IMG/VR virus record: IMGVR_UViG_3300005099_000473
Span: 1 to 57,952 of that record
Reading direction: 5' to 3' (one strand)
Length of the DNA: 57,952 nt
DNA from: a virus
Lineage: Duplodnaviria; Caudoviricetes
Shown here: one piece after another, positions 18,540 to 25,847 of the stretch
Position numbering within the stretch: position 1 is the first letter of the stretch
Layout: the number at the start of each line of letters is the position of its first letter
Program-made: the position numbers and the translations under genes
The notes under the pieces: generated by a model
Databases searched by the model: none
What the model was told of the DNA's origin: nothing
The model's input: the letters and a program-made list of their open reading frames with translations, nothing else

Positions 18540-19100
18540 ATGGTTGAGAAAGAAGTTAAGAAACAAGAAGAGATTAGAGATGAGCCTGCCGTGCCAGAAG
18601 AGCCTGTTCCAGAAGAGCCAGTTCCGGAGAATGATACTGCAAGTCTTATTGATGAACTTCAAGATATTCTTGCCGAATTAACTGATATTGTTGCTCAGCT
18701 TGCATCACAAGTTAAAGCTACTTCAGAGATTAGAGAAGGAATTGCTGAGAGTTTGAAAGGGTTTAAGGAAGAGGTAATTAAAGAAGTTAGAGAAGTAGTT
18801 AAAGAAAGTTTAGCTAAGCCTGAGGATGAAGATAAGAAGAGAGAGGCAGAATGGGAGAAGAATCCAAAGAGTGTTAAGCCAAGTGGTGTTGGTGAAGAAG
18901 TTAAAGTTCCAGAGAGTAAAGTTAATGAAATGCAGCCAGGAGTACAGACACTTCAAGAGGCAATGAATGTAGCTAAGGCTGAAAGGCCAGTCGAAGTTAA
19001 AAAGGCAGTTGAAGAGGATGACATGGCAAACATTATTGACGCTATTCTAAAAGGTGAAGTTAAGGGAACTGCCGATTTAAGGAGGTTTAGAAAGGTTTAA
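18540..19100 (+). CDS. Capsid scaffolding-like protein
   Basis: Acidic coiled-coil protein directly upstream of the MCP; EEPVP tandem repeat near the N-terminus. Confidence 0.65.
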   Translation: MVEKEVKKQEEIRDEPAVPEEPVPEEPVPENDTASLIDELQDILAELTDIVAQLASQVKATSEIREGIAESLKGFKEEVIKEVREVVKESLAKPEDEDKKREAEWEKNPKSVKPSGVGEEVKVPESKVNEMQPGVQTLQEAMNVAKAERPVEVKKAVEEDDMANIIDAILKGEVKGTADLRRFRKV

Positions 19101-19116
19101 ATAAGGTGGTGGTAAA

Positions 19117-20295
19117 ATGAGTTGGTTTAGATTAACTATGGCTGATATTGAGGCATTCTATAAGGGACTTGGCGGACATCCGTTCTTTACAATAGAAGAC
19201 CTTTATGAGTTTGCTAAAGCTCAAGGTTCAATAACCAGTACAACTACAGGATATAGAAATCCGATTTACGGTGCATTGATTTGGAGACAATTGAATACAG
19301 AAGCTAATGTGTTCGGTGCATTACCAAAGACAAATTGGCCAAGGTCAGGATGGCGTGTAAAGACTGGCTGGTCTGTTAATGCAGCTTCTGACTTATCGAT
19401 AGCTGAGACTGGAACATTGCCAGAGACAGTTTACCCACCAATAACTACAGTTAAGGCAACACCAAAAGTATTGACAATTAACTTTGAGATTTCAGAAGTA
19501 ATGGAAGCATTGGCTGAAGTCAGTAAGGATGATATATGGGGTGCAGTTGACCAAGTTAGGGCTGACATTGGTGTGGAATTCATTAAAATGATTAACAAAC
19601 AATTATTGACTAAAGCTATTGGTAGAAATGATGGTGAATCAAGTTCAAGTGATGGAATTAATTTGACTGCACTTGATAGAATAGTTTCAAGTACTGCTGA
19701 AGTTACTGCATTTTCAGTTACTGCGGGTTCTGAGGACATTTATGATATTGACAGAAGTGCTGCATCATGGTCTCAGCCAGTTGTAAAATATGCAGCTGAT
19801 GGTCAAGAATTAACTGATGAACTTATAAGAAATACGCTTGCAGATGCAAGAGAAAAAGGTGCTAATACGAACATAATAATTACTGGTTATGATACTTATG
19901 CTAAGATACAGGGTCTGTATATGAACTTCATAAGGTATGTGCCACTTGCAGAGACAAAAGTTCAGTTCGGTATTAATGGTATAGAATCAGCAGTAGGTAT
20001 GGACTTAGGTATTAATGTATCTGCATTGTATGGTATTCCAGTTATTCAGGCGGTTGATACGCCCGGCGATGGCGATGGGTATGTAAGTAGAATTTATATG
20101 CTTGATGCAAGTGACCCAGAAGGATATGGTATTCCAAGACTTAGTATGTCTGTACTTAGACCAGTTGAGTACTTTGAGACAAGAGATTATGCATTGCTCC
20201 AGAAGTTTGCAGTTAGAGGTGTGTACAGATTTGCAGGTGAAGTTACAGCCAGATACTTGCCAGGACAAGCCAAGATTAGAGACATACTTGCTTGA
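19117..20295 (+). CDS. Major capsid protein (HK97 fold, archaeal head-tail virus type)
   Basis: 392 aa, after protease and scaffold; NPIYG..IW.QLN.EAN.F..LPK..W..SGWRV motif that I recognise from archaeal tailed-virus capsid proteins; C-terminal GEV......QAKIRDI. Confidence 0.85.
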   Translation: MSWFRLTMADIEAFYKGLGGHPFFTIEDLYEFAKAQGSITSTTTGYRNPIYGALIWRQLNTEANVFGALPKTNWPRSGWRVKTGWSVNAASDLSIAETGTLPETVYPPITTVKATPKVLTINFEISEVMEALAEVSKDDIWGAVDQVRADIGVEFIKMINKQLLTKAIGRNDGESSSSDGINLTALDRIVSSTAEVTAFSVTAGSEDIYDIDRSAASWSQPVVKYAADGQELTDELIRNTLADAREKGANTNIIITGYDTYAKIQGLYMNFIRYVPLAETKVQFGINGIESAVGMDLGINVSALYGIPVIQAVDTPGDGDGYVSRIYMLDASDPEGYGIPRLSMSVLRPVEYFETRDYALLQKFAVRGVYRFAGEVTARYLPGQAKIRDILA

Positions 20296-20317
20296 AGTCT
20301 TTAATTTTCTTTATTTC
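20296..20317 (+). terminator. Putative archaeal oligo-T terminator after the MCP gene
   Basis: AGTCTTTAATTTTCTTTATTTC immediately after the stop codon. Confidence 0.4.
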
Positions 20318-20337
20318 AAAAATAAGGGGGTGTTGAT

Positions 20338-20610
20338 ATGGTTACTCCGGATTTGCCATCACTTAAGAAAATAACTGGCAGTCAAACAGTCAGTTCTGTA
20401 GATGCTGGTGCAAGTAAGGATGCTACGGTTACATTGTCAAGTAATTATGTTATTGTGGGTGTTCCAGAAGTTAGTACAGATACTGAGAATGCAGACGTTG
20501 TATTGATTAGTGGTGGTAAGAATTCGTTTAAGGTAAGGGCAACAAATAATGCGGGGTCTGCTCAAGATATTGTAGTTGATTATACAGTTTATGTAATTGC
20601 AGATATCTGA
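20338..20610 (+). CDS. Small beta-rich virion protein (capsid decoration/head fibre candidate)
   Basis: 90 aa, S/T/V-rich, immediately after the MCP; RBS GGGGTG. Confidence 0.5.
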   Translation: MVTPDLPSLKKITGSQTVSSVDAGASKDATVTLSSNYVIVGVPEVSTDTENADVVLISGGKNSFKVRATNNAGSAQDIVVDYTVYVIADI

Positions 20611-20639
20611 TGCTTTTCAATATTTTCCAGGAGGTGCGA

Positions 20640-21026
20640 GTGTTGGGTGAAAAGCGCATTGCCGAGTTAGAGCAACGTGTAGCAGTATTAGAATCAAGAA
20701 TGAATGACGGATTTAAAAGTTTGGAATTATTGTTAGATACGAAGTTTCAGCATATTGAGGATATTATTGATAGTTTGACAAGTTCAGTTGATAATTTGAG
20801 GTATGAAGTTCAGGAGTTAAGTGGGAGACTGGATGTAAGTCAGGTAAAGTATAATGGTTATTCTGAAAAGTTTGCTACAAAGCTTGAGTTGAGTGAAGTT
20901 CGTAGTGAGGTTGAGCAAATTAAAGCTAAAGACCAGGGTGTAATGGCATTTTTGAATAAATGGGGAACAGTTCTTGCAATAATATGGTCGGCAGTTGCGA
21001 TTTTGGTTGCGTTTGGTGTTATGTAG
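20640..21026 (+). CDS. Coiled-coil protein with one C-terminal transmembrane helix (holin-like candidate)
   Basis: Heptad-like region, then WGTVLAIIWSAVAILVAFGVM; GTG start after GGAGGTG. Confidence 0.5.
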   Translation: MLGEKRIAELEQRVAVLESRMNDGFKSLELLLDTKFQHIEDIIDSLTSSVDNLRYEVQELSGRLDVSQVKYNGYSEKFATKLELSEVRSEVEQIKAKDQGVMAFLNKWGTVLAIIWSAVAILVAFGVM

Positions 21027-21049
21027 TGTTTATTTTTATTTTTAATTTT
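21027..21049 (+). terminator. Putative oligo-T terminator
   Basis: TGTTTATTTTTATTTTTAATTTT directly after the stop codon. Confidence 0.45.
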
Positions 21050-21075
21050 GAGGATACAGTAGGAGGTGTGAGTCA

Positions 21076-21729
21076 GTGGTTGATTTGAATAAGTTATATG
21101 TCACAGCTCAAGAAATAAGGAATTATCTTGGTGTTGAACAGGAGAAATATTCTGATACTTTTCTACAGTCGCTGATAATAGAGAAAATGGAGTATGTGGA
21201 TAGATTGTCAAATACAACTTGGAATGGAAGAGTAAAGAGAGCAAGAATAAAGCACGATGCCACAAGATGGAAAGGTGGTTTTTGGTATGGTGCAGGTATT
21301 CCAGTTACTTTAGGTCATGCATACATTAGGCAAGTTGAAAGCATTGAAGTTCAGTGGTTAGGTGGAACAGAAGATTGGGTTCAGACTAAGACTGAAGGAC
21401 GTAATACTGGAAGTTATTGGGTTGATTATGATAATGGTGTTTTGTATTTACAGTCATGGGTGATATATCAAGGTGGTAAGGAAGTTACAGTTACATACAC
21501 ATATGGTAGGGATGATTTGCCAAGTACGATTAAGGAGTTGACAAGATTATTGGTGATTAGGGATTTGATTGCTAATGAACGTAGGTTGTTTGCATTACCA
21601 GAAGGTGGTTCGGGTATTAGTTTTTCAGAGTATATGAAGTATTTGGATGAAAGAATTGAAATGTTAGAAGAGTTGCACAGAGCAATAAAACCGGCGTTTA
21701 CTGTTGTTAGAGAATTGGGAGAGGTATAA
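21076..21729 (+). CDS. Head-tail adaptor/head completion protein
   Basis: YVT..EIR.YLG N-terminus, Y.VD...G.L and VTVTYTYG...LP..IKE motifs typical of gp6-like adaptors. Confidence 0.75.
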   Translation: MVDLNKLYVTAQEIRNYLGVEQEKYSDTFLQSLIIEKMEYVDRLSNTTWNGRVKRARIKHDATRWKGGFWYGAGIPVTLGHAYIRQVESIEVQWLGGTEDWVQTKTEGRNTGSYWVDYDNGVLYLQSWVIYQGGKEVTVTYTYGRDDLPSTIKELTRLLVIRDLIANERRLFALPEGGSGISFSEYMKYLDERIEMLEELHRAIKPAFTVVRELGEV

Positions 21730-21732
21730 TGA

Positions 21733-21748
21733 CCAAAAACTTTAAAAA
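21733..21748 (+). promoter_or_regulatory. BRE/TATA-like promoter at the start of the replication operon
   Basis: CCAAAAACTTTAAAAA, a variant of the AACAAAAAACTTTTAAAG element. Confidence 0.55.
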
Positions 21749-21795
21749 TAAAGAAACGTAAAAATATAATGACAAATATGGAGGGGGAATGGAAA

Positions 21796-22929
21796 ATGGT
21801 TGGTTGGAAGGTTAAGAAAGTAGGAGAAAAGGTTTTAGTAAAGCCTATTTTGGCAGGCAATGCGAAGGGAAATGTTTGGTTCAAGAAAGTAAAAGAGATT
21901 GACTGGAGTAAAGATAATGGATATGCTTTTATTGGTGAGTTTATGCCATGGTGGTTGTGGTCAGAGGTAGTAGATGGTGATATTGTTTTGTATGTAGATA
22001 AAAGGACAGGAGAAGCTCAAGTGTATAAGTTTGAAAATGAGAAAATGAATTTGGTTGGTAGGTATGATTATAAGTCAGCTTTTGAAATGTTAAGAAAAGG
22101 AATTGATAGAATATTGACTGGGGGTGAGGTTGAAGTTAAAGAGGAAGTTCAAGAAGTTAATGAAGATGAAGTTGAGAAATTAGTAGTTGAATTCGGAGTT
22201 GAAAAGACAGTTAAGCATGAATATGGGTATGCAGAAAAGTATCTAAAGTTCAGAGGAGAGAAAATACCATACAAAGCAATATTAAAGAATGGAAGTTTAT
22301 TGGCTATAGTTAGTAGAGGATACCATTTGGTTGAGAATGAAAGGTTAGAAGAGATAGTTAGGAAGTATGCTAATGAGAAAGGATATTTGGCTGATGTAGT
22401 CTGGAAGTCATTAAGAAGAATTCATATGTTTGTAAAGCCAAATGAAGAATCTGATATAGCGGCAGTTATCCATAATAGTGTTGATGGTTCTATGGCACTT
22501 CGTATAGACCTGGCAATTAAGTTAAATGGAGTTTATACTGTTTTTAAGGTTAGAAGGTTTCAGCAAGTCTATAAGAGGCATACGAAGAATGTGGAGAAGT
22601 TTATTAATGAATTGACAAATGCTATTGATGTAATATTGGGAGAAGCAGAGGAGTATAAGAAGTTTATTGAACAGTTAGGCAATTTTAAGATTAAGGATAT
22701 GGAGCAGGATGTCAGAGATTTTATTGAGGCAGGATTTCCAAAGAAACATTGGGAACCAGTCTGGTATAAGTATAAGAAGGGTGAAGTTATGACATTGAAA
22801 CAGATGTATGAAGAATTAGCAAAGAAGGTTTGGCAAGATAATAGATTAGATTTTAAGACGAAAGTTGATAGGTTTGATAAGTTGAATGAAATAATGGTGA
22901 TATTGAGCAGATATAGTGGTGAGCTTTAA
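21796..22929 (+). CDS. DUF932-like phage/plasmid protein with an extra N-terminal domain
   Basis: IVSRGYHLVENE, HNSVDGS.AL and KRHTKN match the VS..Y..V.N / NS.DGS / RHT pattern of DUF932. Confidence 0.65.
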   Translation: MVGWKVKKVGEKVLVKPILAGNAKGNVWFKKVKEIDWSKDNGYAFIGEFMPWWLWSEVVDGDIVLYVDKRTGEAQVYKFENEKMNLVGRYDYKSAFEMLRKGIDRILTGGEVEVKEEVQEVNEDEVEKLVVEFGVEKTVKHEYGYAEKYLKFRGEKIPYKAILKNGSLLAIVSRGYHLVENERLEEIVRKYANEKGYLADVVWKSLRRIHMFVKPNEESDIAAVIHNSVDGSMALRIDLAIKLNGVYTVFKVRRFQQVYKRHTKNVEKFINELTNAIDVILGEAEEYKKFIEQLGNFKIKDMEQDVRDFIEAGFPKKHWEPVWYKYKKGEVMTLKQMYEELAKKVWQDNRLDFKTKVDRFDKLNEIMVILSRYSGEL

Positions 22930-22961
22930 TCATTTTAGTTTTTGAATAAGGGGGTGAATGA

Positions 22962-23300
22962 ATGAGGTATGTATTAGTGCCTTGCTTTGTTAAATTTGAT
23001 GTTAGTAAGGAAGTTTCTGTAACGTTTGATGATGGTGAGCCATTTGAGATAGTTTGGATGGCAGATAATGTAATTACGAATTATGCAAGTGCACCGCAGA
23101 TTGTAGCTTTAAAGGAGAAAGTAAATGAAAGGATTGCTGAATTAATGAGTAGATTGACTGAGGATGATGAAATATATTTGATTACGAGTGGGTCAGCATT
23201 TCATAATGCATTGGTAAGTAGAATGTTAGTTGAGGCAGGTGTTCCGTTTAAGTTTTTGGTTTATGAACGTAGAATTAAGAAGTATGCGATTGTGGGGTGA
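22962..23300 (+). CDS. Small alpha/beta (Rossmann-like) hypothetical protein
   Basis: DEIYLITSGSAFHN...FLVYERRIKKY; RBS GGGGGTGA. Confidence 0.5.
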   Translation: MRYVLVPCFVKFDVSKEVSVTFDDGEPFEIVWMADNVITNYASAPQIVALKEKVNERIAELMSRLTEDDEIYLITSGSAFHNALVSRMLVEAGVPFKFLVYERRIKKYAIVG

Positions 23301-23304
23301 TTAA

Positions 23305-23571
23305 ATGGAAATGCCAGAAAATATTGATTTTGTTGAAGTTCAGTTTGTTGCGGAAAAATTATTGAGTTTATATTCTATTGTTGGTAAGTATGGTGGTGTT
23401 GCAGTTCTATATGCTAATGGTGATAATGTTTATATGGGTTATGTGCCTACAAAGGAAGCTTTAAATGATTTGGTTAAGAAGGTTGAGACTGAAGCGGAAT
23501 GGGCAGATTTAGAAAAAATGGAGGAAGATGTTAAAGAGGTTGAAAGTAAGTTAAATGAAGTGTTTAAGTAG
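23305..23571 (+). CDS. Hypothetical protein
   Basis: 88-aa ORF with RBS GGGGTGA. Confidence 0.55.
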   Translation: MEMPENIDFVEVQFVAEKLLSLYSIVGKYGGVAVLYANGDNVYMGYVPTKEALNDLVKKVETEAEWADLEKMEEDVKEVESKLNEVFK

Positions 23572-23583
23572 GTAGGGAGGCAA

Positions 23584-24765
23584 ATGGGGAAGGATAAAGA
23601 AATAAATGTAAGGGAATTGTATTTATTGCCATATCATGGTATGGTAAGTGCGGTAGTTCAGGGTAGTCAAGGTCTGTATATGACAGTGTATGATTATTGG
23701 CATGATGAAGGATATTGTGATTGTATTGGATTTAGGGTATATAAGAGATGTAAACATTTAAAATGGTTAAAATCAGAAGTTGATAGGAGGTGGAATGATT
23801 TGGCGATTTCAATAGGGGAGACTGAAAGTGTGTTTAGAGAGTTTCCAAGTAGTTTAGAATGTTTGAATGAAATGTTCGGTGGCAGTCCGTATAGTTCTGG
23901 TGAGTTATTTGCAATTTACAGTCCGCCGAATCGTGGTAAGACGTTATTTTCTGTTCAGGAGACAGTATACTTGATAAGTCAAGGATATAAAGTGTTGTAT
24001 GTTGAAACTGAGGGTTCAGGCGAAAAAATGATTAGAAAATGGGCTCCGATTTTTGCTAAGCGGTTTGGAGCTAATTTGAAAGACTTGTATTTTGAAAGTA
24101 GAAGAACGTTAGAGACATTGGCTCAGTATCTTGGTTTTGAAGTTAAGTTTGTTACAAAGCAAGTTAGTGAGGAAGAATTACAGCCAGAGGCATTAGTGAA
24201 GGAAGGTAAGAAAAAGAAGAAAAAGAAAAAAGAGAAAGGGGCTAAAATAGAAGTCATATATAGGCCGTTGGATTTATCGTTAATTGAACAAGATATTCAG
24301 AAATATAAGATTGACTTTATAATTTTGGACAGTTTAAGTAATCCGATAAGAAGTGCATTTCCGCCTGACCAGCAAAATAATCCAGCTAAGAGTTTTATTG
24401 AGGGTAGAATTTTACAGAAGTTAATTGAACTGCAAGAGAAGTATAGAGTTGGAGTGTTGATTGTTTTGCATGCAAGTTTTAATCCAGCTAATCCGTATGA
24501 AACTCAGATTGGATTTAGAGGTGGTTTGTCAGTTGCACATAATGTTAAGAGAGTAGTATATATTGCTCAAAGGGGAGGTGCTGATTGGATTGCATATAGA
24601 AAGTTTTGGTTAATAAGAAGTGAAGATGCAGTACCATGGAGTAAATATGCAGTTGCTAAGATTAATGAAATGGGATTTATTGATGTTCCTAAAGAAGAAT
24701 GGCAGAATGTCTTGACAGATTCAGAATTAAAGAGATTAAAGAAGTTACAGGAGGAGCAAGAATGA
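23584..24765 (+). CDS. RadA/RadB-like RecA-fold ATPase with an N-terminal SWIM zinc finger
   Basis: CDC......CKH (SWIM); Walker A SPPNRGKT; YVETEG; Walker B IILDS. Confidence 0.8.
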   Translation: MGKDKEINVRELYLLPYHGMVSAVVQGSQGLYMTVYDYWHDEGYCDCIGFRVYKRCKHLKWLKSEVDRRWNDLAISIGETESVFREFPSSLECLNEMFGGSPYSSGELFAIYSPPNRGKTLFSVQETVYLISQGYKVLYVETEGSGEKMIRKWAPIFAKRFGANLKDLYFESRRTLETLAQYLGFEVKFVTKQVSEEELQPEALVKEGKKKKKKKKEKGAKIEVIYRPLDLSLIEQDIQKYKIDFIILDSLSNPIRSAFPPDQQNNPAKSFIEGRILQKLIELQEKYRVGVLIVLHASFNPANPYETQIGFRGGLSVAHNVKRVVYIAQRGGADWIAYRKFWLIRSEDAVPWSKYAVAKINEMGFIDVPKEEWQNVLTDSELKRLKKLQEEQE

Positions 24766-25847
24766 TATTAGAAGATGAGATAGATATATGGTTAAGAGCA
24801 AATACGTTAGGTAGAATATTTCCAAGGGAAGTTAATTTAAGGAGGTATGTTGTTAAGGATGAAGTAGAGTTTTATGATTATTTGTTTACGAATAAGTGGA
24901 CTGATGTATATGCTAATGTATTTGCACAGTGGCAGAAGTCATATAGTAAGTTTGATACAGTTTTTGTAGATATTGATATTCATGAAGGAAATGAATATTG
25001 GAGCCAGATAGAGGAAAGTTATGAAGAAATGCAGAAAGTTAGAGATGTTCTGGAGAAAGAAGGATTGGCTGGTAGATGGTATTTTACAGGCAGATGTTTT
25101 CATGTTTATATTGATTTTCCAGTAACGCATTTGGAGTATTATTCAGATATTATTAGATATCAATGGGCAGTGGATGTTTTCAGAAATATTGATAGTATTG
25201 ATACAAGGGTAGTTGGTGATAAGAATAGAATGGCTCGAATTGTTGGAAGTATTCATGGTAAGACTAAGTTACATATGATTAGGATTGAACCTGAATGGGA
25301 GTTAGATAAGATAGTGATAAATAGTATGGATAAAAAGTTTGAGGCAGAAGTTCAGAATTGGATTGTTAATAATACATGGTTTGCCGAGTTTTTAAAGGAA
25401 ATGGATAAGGAGTATATTGAGAGGGTGCAACAATCAAATGAATATGTGGTAAGTGATGAAAGACAGAAGTTAGTATATGAATTTGTTAAGGAACATTCGA
25501 ATAGTTTTGATTTGTTACCGCCCTGTATTAAGAAAGGAATTGATTTGATTCTGGAGACTGGAGAATTGTTTCATGAGTGGAGGTTTCATTTAGCAACGTA
25601 TTTATTGAGGGTTTGGGATAAGGCAAGTGTTGAACAGTTGTTTAGTTTGGCAAACGATTATAATCCAAGTCTGACTGAGTATCAGTTAAATTACATTTTG
25701 AAAAGGGGTATGTATCCGTATAGTTGTAAGAAAGCCAAATTGTATGGAATATGTCAGTTTGATGACCAAAGGAAATGTCCGTTTCATGAATTACTATGGG
25801 GATGGATTGGCGGGATTTTTAAGGACATTGAGAAAGGAGGTGTTTAA
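24762..25847 (+). CDS. Archaeo-eukaryotic primase, PriS catalytic domain fused to a PriL-like C-terminal Fe-S domain
   Basis: FVDID, FTGRCFHVY and RMARIVGS; C-terminal LPPCI...H..RF...YSC.....GIC....CP. Confidence 0.8.
   Translation: MILEDEIDIWLRANTLGRIFPREVNLRRYVVKDEVEFYDYLFTNKWTDVYANVFAQWQKSYSKFDTVFVDIDIHEGNEYWSQIEESYEEMQKVRDVLEKEGLAGRWYFTGRCFHVYIDFPVTHLEYYSDIIRYQWAVDVFRNIDSIDTRVVGDKNRMARIVGSIHGKTKLHMIRIEPEWELDKIVINSMDKKFEAEVQNWIVNNTWFAEFLKEMDKEYIERVQQSNEYVVSDERQKLVYEFVKEHSNSFDLLPPCIKKGIDLILETGELFHEWRFHLATYLLRVWDKASVEQLFSLANDYNPSLTEYQLNYILKRGMYPYSCKKAKLYGICQFDDQRKCPFHELLWGWIGGIFKDIEKGGV

Noticed and set aside
24200-24240. A-rich run encoding KKKKKKKEK in the RecA-fold ATPase as a frameshift or slippage site
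   Set aside because: The frame stays open and Walker B follows in the same frame, so it reads as a basic loop insertion.
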